From the IMG/VR virus record IMGVR_UViG_3300020045_004061, positions 1-37,249 of that record: 37,249 nt of DNA; one strand, written 5' to 3'. The position numbers and the translations under genes were made by a program. This stretch comes from a virus. Taxonomy: Duplodnaviria; Caudoviricetes. The notes beneath the pieces were generated by a model, which was not told where the DNA came from, searched no databases, and saw only the letters and a program-made list of their open reading frames with translations. Positions 28,901 through 36,853 of the stretch are shown one piece after another; the stretch's first letter is position 1, and every line of letters starts with the position of its first letter.

Positions 28901-29250
28901 ATGATTTAATTGATACAGCGGTTATTTTGACGGAAACGCCACAATTAAACTATGTTGACACAGGAAGTAGAACGATTTCGGTAACGGCAAAGTTTGAAGA
29001 AAAGATTTTGAATAATATTTCAACTTTTTCGAACGATAATCCACAAGCACAACCGATTAGTATTACATTTGCAAACGGTGGATTTGCAACGGTTATAAAT
29101 TCAGATGGTAGTTTTGAGGTTACATTCGATTCAACCGCGCCTTACGAGTTGCCAGATTATACGGTGAACGTGTTACGAAATGGCGTGTTGGTTTCAACGT
29201 CAACATTCCCAACACTTGAACCGATAACAGATATAAACATTACGATATGA
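25885..29250 (+). CDS. Large tail structural protein
   Basis: 1121 aa, beta-rich, in the tail module. Confidence 0.65.
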   Translation: MGLVVVNREWEDEQGRVLNQYIANVLDSRFARITVQTDYTVNIAGGVTLTKTDNFFELPIGQSWESYGIIEGCTVSGTFGGNTVVLGTTVTHVENNFMVLSVNQTGANGIYTSGAISFDIVPESFELFTNYVLSSSNPGDEFSLIDGNPNRFVADGISALTVGGASIAFSQLGNQSGGFNVFPTIQRVADVNGHRNYQINIPNDRLPLYLNSELFEFGDCLKPWYRFSAISQTANPSVRISTVSTFSLGNTGFFNEVFNGGVPDYSVTSAVFKIGGVAVDTFDHNQPTDFEIRVDGVFDASSKFGIAFFRQASDEETQNVPNAINFNTSLSIGDNLSVGTPADIIGFLNPNGAKVDITDIEITEFGTYATIKGTLTPNGAYSSYINGNDVSRLFRLAVKLEDYTLSGNLIRPVWLSVFYEDSAKYFPPLGPWLDAFGFTLFDHDNESIPYVLGTVGGIPAQLVPKNLFTEDNANLQFKLRIPRPTQQEIDERFFTGITLNVIVRKFDGTSFVLESYDSNFGAILTGDDTMVVDSFQARGFKLPPTSVNNEIRVSRASAIDTGTHFGIQVDYGFLVNWQYWLAQTNADIVFFPNQNKDWYHYQNEDGAQWGVWVEFLLHTSDGDYENKANINHYDYDTFAGVAGGTSVISYHLVDGTPITMPLADQVTMVRATHTAPSGFIMDALRTWGEITVEPKENAPRWLTSSVYDNGSVTGNPFQPLAGQTKCKLTIAGSVAILETLIDPTVLNLSNGLKFTSEISSEVRKGSDIERFKNRTKDETDTVKTPKTFESDDRAEFDCCEKRKVIGDLTSTEPKKNDVTGHWMAGESVTFKLFDHDGDTGYVIDSLPFAQQANMWYCQLNWREILGLYGSGCYRLVTEVDYAGLTETLTIENYQLLPYSIESTVNDVRVTSVYNAYDLKNGVIFNGTNVIDSIRVDGQFNYSQPNLNVRNYTKTSFEQNKITRQQRETFELRTGQLTDKFVKLLKYALQHENYLLITDYCLINPRYDLIDTAVILTETPQLNYVDTGSRTISVTAKFEEKILNNISTFSNDNPQAQPISITFANGGFATVINSDGSFEVTFDSTAPYELPDYTVNVLRNGVLVSTSTFPTLEPITDINITI

Positions 29251-29957
29251 GTACAATAAACATAGATTTAACAGGGGAAACGCTTTACACGGGTGACGGA
29301 ACGCTTGTTTCAGACCGTTTAGTTGACTGTGATGGAAAGCTATTCTTTATCCAAAACAATAAACAGTTTTCGCTCGATTCAAGTGTCGCACCTTCTGCGG
29401 GCGCGTCTATTAACATAAACGGGTTCGGTACAACATCTAGCGATATTACGCACCGATTTGGTAGCACATTGGGTAATACCTTAGAAATGTACGGAGATAG
29501 AAGCGCACAATTCAAGGGTCGTATAGGTGTAGGAATTGCACCGACAGCAACCGCGCAAGCTTACTTTTTCACTAATACTTTACAGGAAGCGATTTTAGGC
29601 GAAGGTACAAATCTAGGTTTTCGCGGGGTTGGAACGAATGTAGGCGTTGTTGGACAATCAGCTGGTGGTATTGGTTTAGATGGTAGCGCGCCTATTGCCA
29701 TTCGTGGAATTGGTAGCACTTACGGAATCATTGCAATTGGTGGCACGGCTGGTGGTTATTTTTACGGGTCAGCTCCAAGCGCATTTGGAGTTAACGCTTA
29801 CGAATTACCATCAACAGCGGGCGCAATTACTAGTGATGGAAGGATTAGAAGTCAAAACCTACCTATTTACGCGGATAACGCAGCCGCTTTGGGTGGTGGA
29901 TTAGGTTTAGATTACCTTTACAAAACGGCAACGGGTGAAATTAGAATTGTAGTATAA
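29247..29957 (+). CDS. Glycine-rich tail fibre-like protein
   Basis: Repeating GxxGxxG units; LPIYADNAAALGGGL...LYKTATGE tail. Confidence 0.65.
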   Translation: MSTINIDLTGETLYTGDGTLVSDRLVDCDGKLFFIQNNKQFSLDSSVAPSAGASININGFGTTSSDITHRFGSTLGNTLEMYGDRSAQFKGRIGVGIAPTATAQAYFFTNTLQEAILGEGTNLGFRGVGTNVGVVGQSAGGIGLDGSAPIAIRGIGSTYGIIAIGGTAGGYFYGSAPSAFGVNAYELPSTAGAITSDGRIRSQNLPIYADNAAALGGGLGLDYLYKTATGEIRIVV

Positions 29958-29967
29958 AATAAAAGAC

Positions 29968-30414
29968 ATGATAAGAACAACAAAACAAGTATTTATTGAC
30001 TCTCAAAATGATGTTTGGGGTCAAGTGTATGTCTCAAATGGCGAAATCGTTTTAGGCGATATTGTCAAAGTAGAAGTAATTCAACAAGTTTTAACGCCAA
30101 TTTCAACACAAATGTTGGTTGAAGGAGTTGTGCAAACAGTTCAAAAGAACGTATTCCAAACGTTTAAACAATCAATTGCACTATACAAGCGGTCAACATG
30201 GGATGCGTTATTTGTTGGATTAACGCGCAACGATTACGACCAAGCATTGATAAATTCAATCCTATTCGTTAACGCGAAAACGATCAACGACACTTGGACA
30301 GGTCAAGAAATTCAACGCGTTTCGTACTACGCAAAACCAGAAAGCGGTGGTATTTCGCAAGCTTCTGACTTGGAAATTGTAACACCAGAAATTTTACAAG
30401 GCTTGAATCTATGA
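29968..30414 (+). CDS. Hypothetical tail-associated protein
   Basis: Position after the fibre gene. Confidence 0.55.
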   Translation: MIRTTKQVFIDSQNDVWGQVYVSNGEIVLGDIVKVEVIQQVLTPISTQMLVEGVVQTVQKNVFQTFKQSIALYKRSTWDALFVGLTRNDYDQALINSILFVNAKTINDTWTGQEIQRVSYYAKPESGGISQASDLEIVTPEILQGLNL

Positions 30415-32123
30415 TTCTTTACCGAGAAAATACCGAGATAATTTTAGACTACGAAAACGGGAGTATTCCGCGTATTCCCGTTGGTAGTTTGCAAGGCTTA
30501 AAGAATGGAAGCCTTTACACTTTGATTAGTGGTGTAAGTGGTATTTTGGTAGAAGATTTAGATTTATCAAACTTTAAAAAACAGGATTTATCGCCTTATA
30601 CAGACGATGAATTAAATTTATTTATCGTTAGTCAAGGATTCATCACAGAATACAATGGTGGAGGTGGATTAACACCTTCTTTATTGCTTCGTGAACAATT
30701 CACCTATTCTGGCAGTCAAACAATCACTTTAGCAAACGATTACGCACAAGTCTATTCCGTAGAAATAAGCGGTCAAGGCGCGTTGAATACAAGTCAGTAT
30801 AATCTAGTTGCACCGAATCAAATAACGATTTTAGATACACTTGAAAGTGGTGACTATATTGTGGTGTTTTATTCCAATACAGAGGTTGGAGTTCAGCCTT
30901 ATTACACACAATCGGAAACAGATAATTTACTAAATGCCAAACAGGATTTAATCGTTAACCGTATTTACATTTCACAAGAATCGGATTTTGGAACATTGCA
31001 GAGTGGTAAAGAATATTTTATCACAGGCATTGTAACTATTTCAAATCCTATCACAATTCCAACGGGTGTTAATATTCGATTGAATGGTTACGGTACAGAT
31101 ATTTCACAGTTAGTTGCGACATCAAATAATTTCACAATGTTTAGTGGTTTAGCTACGGGGAATTTTACGTCAACAAAAGTAGCGTTTCAAGCAAGTGGTA
31201 CGAACTCGCAAGTATTCGACATTAAAAGCCAAACAGGAAATGAAGCGGTTGAAATGGAAGAGTGCAATTTTAATAGTTGTACAAAGATTGGAACATTAGA
31301 CAATTACCGTCAAGGATTAGGTGTTAATCTAGGTTACTTTGGAGGAACGCCAACCTATGAATTTAAGGGCGTTTGGCAAGGATTTCGACTATCAACTGCG
31401 ATTATTCGTGGTACAAGTGGCGCGTATTCATTTTGGAAAGCCGGAACAGGATTTACTTTCAATGGTAGATTTTTAACCGATGTAAACGCGGTTATTCCAA
31501 CGGGTGCAACTTTCTGTGATTTCGCAGTTGGTAACGTATTGACCGATGAAGGGTTGCAATTCACAAATGCAGACTTTAACCCAACGCTTTCAACAGGCAC
31601 AGTATTACCAAATATAGCGACAACATCTACAAAGGTTCGTGTTTCTCGTTCACGTGGCTTACCGAATACTTACATTGGTGGTTATTGGAATGTATCAGCA
31701 AGTGCAAATACAGCCTTAACAGGTGGCACGATTGCGAAAGTAGCGGGAACAACAGTTTATTACGATTTAAGTTGGTTTTCATCTAGTGGAAATAACGCGT
31801 TTGTTTCTTTATCTACAAAGGAAATTGTAGTCGAAGCGGTTTTTAACGGTGGGTTTACAGGCGTTTCCAATGGAGAATATACGCTAACAATTAGACAATG
31901 GGATAATTCATTAAGTGCATACGTGAATATATCACAACTTACATTCACAACTAATGGAGGTTTGTTTGCAGATACCACGGAAAGCGTTTCATTGATTTCA
32001 AAGAATATTGTTTTAAATGAAAATGACAGAATTGAAGTGTGGGTGCAAGATGCAAATGCGACAGGCAACGACATAACCATGAATTTAAATAGTATTCTCA
32101 AACTTCGTGAAATTCAATCGTAA
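30411..32123 (+). CDS. Putative tail spike / receptor-binding protein
   Basis: YYTQSETDNLLNAKQD linker followed by a beta-helix-like region. Confidence 0.6.
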   Translation: MILYRENTEIILDYENGSIPRIPVGSLQGLKNGSLYTLISGVSGILVEDLDLSNFKKQDLSPYTDDELNLFIVSQGFITEYNGGGGLTPSLLLREQFTYSGSQTITLANDYAQVYSVEISGQGALNTSQYNLVAPNQITILDTLESGDYIVVFYSNTEVGVQPYYTQSETDNLLNAKQDLIVNRIYISQESDFGTLQSGKEYFITGIVTISNPITIPTGVNIRLNGYGTDISQLVATSNNFTMFSGLATGNFTSTKVAFQASGTNSQVFDIKSQTGNEAVEMEECNFNSCTKIGTLDNYRQGLGVNLGYFGGTPTYEFKGVWQGFRLSTAIIRGTSGAYSFWKAGTGFTFNGRFLTDVNAVIPTGATFCDFAVGNVLTDEGLQFTNADFNPTLSTGTVLPNIATTSTKVRVSRSRGLPNTYIGGYWNVSASANTALTGGTIAKVAGTTVYYDLSWFSSSGNNAFVSLSTKEIVVEAVFNGGFTGVSNGEYTLTIRQWDNSLSAYVNISQLTFTTNGGLFADTTESVSLISKNIVLNENDRIEVWVQDANATGNDITMNLNSILKLREIQS

Positions 32124-32557
32124 TGCAGTCAAGTAAAAAAATACCATTAGGTCAAGTAAAAAGGCAGTTACCTGTATTCGTACAAGCAACAAGCACAAGT
32201 CCAGCTGATGCATCAACGCAATATTTCGGAAACGCACCGCGTGGAATGTTAACCACAGCAAATAGAAACTTGCAAACAGCGCGTGTTGCTCAAATTATAA
32301 CCGTTGCAGACATTACAATTTCAAGTGGTACGGCTGGTACGGCTGAAAGTTGGTCGATGTACATTCGGGTAAATAACACAACCGACTATTTAATTGCAAC
32401 GGTAGCAAGTACGGCGAATGATAGGATTTTTTACAACGATTCTCTATCAATAAATTTAGCGGTTAACGACACGTGGGAAATTAAACTTGTTTGCCCTACT
32501 TGGGTAACAAATCCAGCAACTTGCGTGGCTAGTGGAAACGTTTACGTAACAATATAA
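32123..32557 (+). CDS. Putative virion beta-sandwich protein
   Basis: T/A/S-rich; ends PTWVTNP. Confidence 0.55.
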   Translation: MQSSKKIPLGQVKRQLPVFVQATSTSPADASTQYFGNAPRGMLTTANRNLQTARVAQIITVADITISSGTAGTAESWSMYIRVNNTTDYLIATVASTANDRIFYNDSLSINLAVNDTWEIKLVCPTWVTNPATCVASGNVYVTI

Positions 32558-32588
32558 AATAATTAGTAAATTAGCAAAAATAAATATC

Positions 32589-32759
32589 ATGAAAAACCTA
32601 GAATTAACACTTACTTATCCAGATGCAACGGGTGAACCGATAACGGAAACGTTTAACATTACTTATAATGAAAGCCAATCTGGATTGGTTACATGCATTG
32701 AGTTTGTTTCAGCTTCTAACGGCGGACCTATTATGCGCCCTAAAAAACCACGTGATTGA
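32589..32759 (+). CDS. Small hypothetical protein (56 aa, not in ORF track)
   Basis: MKNLELTL...GGPIMRPKKPRD; overlaps the next start by 4 nt. Confidence 0.55.
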   Translation: MKNLELTLTYPDATGEPITETFNITYNESQSGLVTCIEFVSASNGGPIMRPKKPRD

Positions 32760-33121
32760 ACCATTTCGCCACCATAATCGTTTTCATGTTGTGCTTATTA
32801 AATTTAGTGCCACCACTTTGCCGTGGAACAATTTATTTTGATAATATTTACAATGTGATTTTATATCTATTACTAGCATTTCTAGGTATTTCAATACCTT
32901 TTGTTTTTAAAGCGTTATTCAAGCCATTAAGAACGATTTCTTCATTGATTGGTGGTTGGTGTTTCGCTGGATTAATTTTTGAGATAATGAATTTCAGATT
33001 CCCAACAGAGGTATTTAATTCAGTTGATAACGAGTTTTATTACATTAAATTTATGATCGCATTTACCGTGGGTGTTGCATTCATTATTACATCAAACACA
33101 TGGAGCAAACAGAAGAGTTGA
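32756..33121 (+). CDS. Multi-pass membrane protein
   Basis: About four hydrophobic segments. Confidence 0.6.
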   Translation: MNHFATIIVFMLCLLNLVPPLCRGTIYFDNIYNVILYLLLAFLGISIPFVFKALFKPLRTISSLIGGWCFAGLIFEIMNFRFPTEVFNSVDNEFYYIKFMIAFTVGVAFIITSNTWSKQKS

Positions 33122-33381
33122 GAAAAATAGTTGAAAGCGCATCGCATGGATATTGGTTGCCGTTGACAATTGTCGCAACTGCATTTTCATTAATTATTGT
33201 GCTTTTACTGTATATCTGGAATCAGATGTTAAAGCAAAATGATAAACGTCACGAAGACCATCAAAAGCATAACGAGAAACAGGATAGGATACTAGAGGAG
33301 ATGTCTAAATCAACACAGTCGCTAACAATATTAGTTACTGAAATAAAAACGAAACAAGAAATTCAAACATTGAAAAGATGA
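33100..33381 (+). CDS. Holin-like membrane protein
   Basis: One TM segment plus coiled coil, in the lysis region. Confidence 0.5.
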   Translation: MEQTEELRKIVESASHGYWLPLTIVATAFSLIIVLLLYIWNQMLKQNDKRHEDHQKHNEKQDRILEEMSKSTQSLTILVTEIKTKQEIQTLKR

Positions 33382-33581
33382 AAATTATCGAAAGAATTAA
33401 GGCACGAACGCCACGTAAAGACAAAAAGAACGGACAACTAGCAACCGTAATAGGCGCAACGTGTGCTACCATTTTAAGCCTTGGACTAGTCGCAAATCCT
33501 ATTGGAATAGTAGCGTTAACAGTTGGCTCAATCGTATTCGGTGGTAAGGCATTTTATCACGCGCAAAAAGTACAGAAATGA
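33378..33581 (+). CDS. Holin-like membrane protein
   Basis: ERIKARTP basic N-terminus plus two TM segments. Confidence 0.55.
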   Translation: MKIIERIKARTPRKDKKNGQLATVIGATCATILSLGLVANPIGIVALTVGSIVFGGKAFYHAQKVQK

Positions 33582-34081
33582 TCTTGCAAGATTTCGACAT
33601 ATTGTTTTGTTCGAGAGATACAAAACTTTCAAAAGCCATTCAGACGGTTACTAATAGTGAGTTTTCCCACACCGCTCACGTTCGTTCACATAAAGGAAAG
33701 TTATACGTCCTAGACGCGCAAATTGATGGCTATCAAATGAAGCCTTTTGACGCTTGGAAAGAAAAATATAACTATGACTTTATCGCGATGCGATTGGATG
33801 GCTTAAACCATGCAGAATGTTTAGCGCGTGAAATTGAAATCGTCGGTAAAGGTTACGACTTCGAAAGTCTTGCTTTTAGACAACCTAAACGACTTATTAC
33901 TCGCTTGCTTAACAAGTTTCGCAAAGTTCAAAAGGATGACTGGAATGAGCGCGAAAACGAATTGACGCGCGTTTATTGTTCTGAAGGCACGGCTTATGTT
34001 ATTGGACTTCCAGAAATTCAGTTAACGCCGAAAGAAGTATTCCATGAAGTTACGATGCGAGGTGGTAAGGTCGTGAAATAA
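33578..34081 (+). CDS. Permuted papain-like amidase (YaeF/YiiX, NlpC/P60 superfamily)
   Basis: DILF, FSHTA, GYDF, YCSE with His before Cys. Confidence 0.82.
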   Translation: MILQDFDILFCSRDTKLSKAIQTVTNSEFSHTAHVRSHKGKLYVLDAQIDGYQMKPFDAWKEKYNYDFIAMRLDGLNHAECLAREIEIVGKGYDFESLAFRQPKRLITRLLNKFRKVQKDDWNERENELTRVYCSEGTAYVIGLPEIQLTPKEVFHEVTMRGGKVVK

Positions 34082-34130
34082 ATTCGTATATTTACAACTC
34101 TTAAGTTTATTTTTTGTTTTAGGTACACGA

Positions 34131-34156
34131 AAGGCGGTTCATACGAATCGCTTTTT
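34131..34156 (+). terminator. Terminator-like hairpin before the endolysin
   Basis: AAGGCGGTTC/GAATCGCTTT stem followed by T residues. Confidence 0.55.
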
Positions 34157-34176
34157 GTATTTTTAAAGAAAAATTT

Positions 34177-34635
34177 ATGACAACACAAGAAGCAATTAAA
34201 CGATTTGGAACGCCAAATGAAGCTGGTACATACCTAACAACAATCGAACTACCATACCCAATGCGCATAGCTTGGGACACAAAGACAACTGTTAAAAAGA
34301 TGCGATGCCATAAATCGGTTGCCGAAAATTTTAAGGCAGTATTTACTGAATTACTCGCTGTTTACGGTTACGATAAAATCAAAGAATTAGGAATTGATCT
34401 ATTTGGAGGTTGTTTTAATTTCCGAAAAATGCGCGGTGGCACGTCTTACTCAATGCACGCATGGGGAATTGCAATTGACCTAGACCCAGCACGAAACAAG
34501 TTGAAAGAAACTAGTAAAACAGCAAGATTTGCACGTACAGAATATAAACCAATGATTGATATTTTTTACAAGCACGGATTTATTTCTTTGGGCGTAGAAA
34601 AGAATTATGATTGGATGCACTTCGAAATCAAATAA
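34177..34635 (+). CDS. Endolysin, M15 family zinc peptidase
   Basis: [31 protein letters not shown]. Confidence 0.88.
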   Translation: MTTQEAIKRFGTPNEAGTYLTTIELPYPMRIAWDTKTTVKKMRCHKSVAENFKAVFTELLAVYGYDKIKELGIDLFGGCFNFRKMRGGTSYSMHAWGIAIDLDPARNKLKETSKTARFARTEYKPMIDIFYKHGFISLGVEKNYDWMHFEIK

Positions 34636-34727
34636 TTTACTATCTTTGAAAAAGTATAAAGGGGTACGAATCTTTTATAACTTTTCAAATTGAAGCACGT
34701 TGCATTTGAGTAACACTTTTTAAAACT

Positions 34728-34756
34728 AAGCCGTTCATAAATGTTCGGCTTTTTTT
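34728..34756. terminator. Terminator at the convergence of + and - gene blocks
   Basis: AAGCCG...CGGCTT stem followed by a T-run. Confidence 0.6.
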
Positions 34757-34758
34757 AC

Positions 34759-34992
34759 TCAAAACGGCGTGTCTTTATGCGTTACAATTGGAAGTGACCA
34801 ATAAACATCGACAGTCATTGATTCAAGCTGACTGAACGACTTTCTTTGCATACCCAGCATAAATCCTTTATCTTCCCATTTAGCGCACTTCAGAACTCCA
34901 AAGTATCGTTTATGGCTTTCAAATGGTAACCTATAAAGTTCTTTTTTATGCCAGATATACTTTTTTCCGTTATATTCAAATCCTTTATTCAT
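34759..34992 (-). CDS. Hypothetical protein
   Basis: 77 aa; LYRLPF motif; last gene of the minus-strand block. Confidence 0.65.
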   Translation of the reverse strand: MNKGFEYNGKKYIWHKKELYRLPFESHKRYFGVLKCAKWEDKGFMLGMQRKSFSQLESMTVDVYWSLPIVTHKDTPF

Positions 34993-35028
34993 AATGCTTT
35001 TACATATTATGTGGCGCGTAGTAGCTAG

Positions 35029-35253
35029 TTATGGGCAAGCGATTTCTCGCCACGCAATAATTTCAGCAAATGGAAAATTTTCATCACTGAAATTCAATAT
35101 TGTTCCATCATCAAATAGCACCTCAAAATCTCTGTCATTAGGCATAGCTTTTAAATTTTCCTCGTTATCCTTAACGAATCGCCAGCCCATAACATCGGCT
35201 ATATTCAATGCCGAAGATTGTGCTTTATCAATACTCTGTTTTTCTTTACTCAT
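35029..35253 (-). CDS. Hypothetical protein (cassette 1)
   Basis: Starts in the loop of element A; stop TAA coincides with the cassette boundary. Confidence 0.7.
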   Translation of the reverse strand: MSKEKQSIDKAQSSALNIADVMGWRFVKDNEENLKAMPNDRDFEVLFDDGTILNFSDENFPFAEIIAWREIACP

Positions 35254-35319
35254 TTTATTTATAATTTAAAGTTTCTACTATTTAATTCGGCACTGAAATA
35301 TAGCCGAGTACCGTTACCG
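35187..35319 (+). repeat. attC-like element A (133 bp)
   Basis: CCATAAC-A-TCGGCTATATTCAATGCCGAA ... TTCGGCACTGAAATATAGCCGA-GTACC-GTTACCG. Confidence 0.82.
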
Positions 35320-35338
35320 CTAATTGCTCGTATCGTTT

Positions 35339-36034
35339 TCAAAAGAGCGATTGTTGAGCAACGTGGTTGATAATTCTTTGTTTTGTATCTGTAAAATATT
35401 CTTTGTCAATTTCACAAGCGGTTAATGTTAAGTTCATTTTTTCAAATCTGTTCATTTCTTCAATAGCTATTGCGTGACTTCCAGAACCAAGATGTGTATC
35501 AATTATTTTAAATCCTTCTTTTGCATAGTTTTTTAAAATCCATTTATACAGCTGAGTAGGTTTTTGAGTTGGGTGTATTCTTTTATCCGTTTGCTGTCCT
35601 CTGTGGTATCTAAAAAACCTTACAGCAGTATCAAATGAAGTCCAAGCCATTTCTCCATCAGCAAACGAAAAACCATCATTTTTTTTATCCCAAATTAACC
35701 AACATTTACTATCAAATGGTATTTTAGAAATAAAATGATTTGCCCCCCAAATGATTTGATTTTTTGAAACTCTTTGTAATTCCATAAAATATTCAATACT
35801 TGGTGTTTCATTATCCCAATCTTTTACTTTATGTTTTGAACCACTCCAATTAGCATTACCATCCATTCCAATTCCATAAGGCGGGTCAACAATAGCTAAA
35901 TCAAAGTAATTATCTGGATAACGGCTCATTAACTCCATATTATCCTCACACGTTATCGTTAAACCACCCACAACTAGCGGTAACACGTGTTTGGAGCAAT
36001 GCGGGGTTTGGTCTTTAATTTTAATATCTTGCAT
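35339..36034 (-). CDS. N6-adenine/N4-cytosine DNA methyltransferase (cassette 2)
   Basis: DLAIVDPPYG, IIWGANHF, HPTQKP, DTHLGSGS. Confidence 0.92.
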   Translation of the reverse strand: MQDIKIKDQTPHCSKHVLPLVVGGLTITCEDNMELMSRYPDNYFDLAIVDPPYGIGMDGNANWSGSKHKVKDWDNETPSIEYFMELQRVSKNQIIWGANHFISKIPFDSKCWLIWDKKNDGFSFADGEMAWTSFDTAVRFFRYHRGQQTDKRIHPTQKPTQLYKWILKNYAKEGFKIIDTHLGSGSHAIAIEEMNRFEKMNLTLTACEIDKEYFTDTKQRIINHVAQQSLF

Positions 36035-36110
36035 CTTTGTTATGTTTTGTTATTAATTGAAAATTGGTGCATTTTTAGCCCGCACTGCACCAAGCACGGG
36101 AACGTTAGCA
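35978..36110 (+). repeat. attC-like element B (133 bp)
   Basis: CGGTAAC-A-CGTGTTTGGAGCAATGCGGG ... CCCGCACTGCACCAAGCACG-GGAAC-GTTAGCA. Confidence 0.82.
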
Positions 36111-36506
36111 AACAGTTTCAACAACCGTTTCGTAATTGAAAGCCGTCCCCATCCACATTGAGTGAATAATGCTTCGGTAAAGTCTTTTAGAGTTCATTGC
36201 ATATTTATTTTGAGAATGAAAACTAATCGGTTCTAATACTTGTGCCGGAGTTGAGTAATTTCTTTTTGTAAAATCATATTTACCGCCTTTATCTTTTACA
36301 CAATTTTCAAGATAATATTCAAAAGTTGGCAACTGTAATCTTCCTGTGTTTAACCATCGGTTTGGATTGTTTGCGATAATATCTATTCTTAATTTCAGAT
36401 ACTCTTTGTAATGCTCCATATCCTCATAAATCCTGCACAAAACCGATTTGCTAACATCGGTTTGCACGCATTGTGGCTTTGGGTCTGTGTTTGAATTTTT
36501 AGACAT
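36105..36506 (-). CDS. Hypothetical protein (cassette 3)
   Basis: Starts in the loop of element C; stop at the cassette boundary. Confidence 0.7.
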   Translation of the reverse strand: MSKNSNTDPKPQCVQTDVSKSVLCRIYEDMEHYKEYLKLRIDIIANNPNRWLNTGRLQLPTFEYYLENCVKDKGGKYDFTKRNYSTPAQVLEPISFHSQNKYAMNSKRLYRSIIHSMWMGTAFNYETVVETVC

Positions 36507-36583
36507 AATTTAAAGTTTAGTTTATTTTTGTTAATATTGTTTCTCACTCGCCACAACGACGAGCAAGCCGAAGACCGTTATGC
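36449..36583 (+). repeat. attC-like element C (135 bp)
   Basis: TGCTAAC-A-TCGGTTTGCACGCATTGTGGC ... GCCACAACGACGAGCAAGCCGA-AGACC-GTTATGC. Confidence 0.8.
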
Positions 36584-36829
36584 AACAGTTTCAGAACGTA
36601 TGCGTTTAAAAACCTCTAATAATCCATTAATATCTACAGGATTTTTTCTTGAAACCTGCGCTCTACTTTCTGAAAAATACAATCCATCATCATCTTGCAT
36701 AATTGTTTCTTTCCATAATGCAAATTCAATAGCGAATATTTCGGCTACTACAATTATTTCGTTAACAGCTCCTTTAAGAACTCCACCATCATTTAATATT
36801 GCATTTTCTATTTTTTGTTCTAAATCCAT
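36578..36829 (-). CDS. Hypothetical protein (cassette 4)
   Basis: FAIEFALW motif; stop at the cassette boundary. Confidence 0.7.
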   Translation of the reverse strand: MDLEQKIENAILNDGGVLKGAVNEIIVVAEIFAIEFALWKETIMQDDDGLYFSESRAQVSRKNPVDINGLLEVFKRIRSETVA

Positions 36830-36853
36830 TTTGTGTTATTTTAAAAACCGATT

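Noticed and set aside
25885-32557. Diversity-generating retroelement acting on tail genes
   Set aside because: No reverse transcriptase and no template/variable repeat pair noticed
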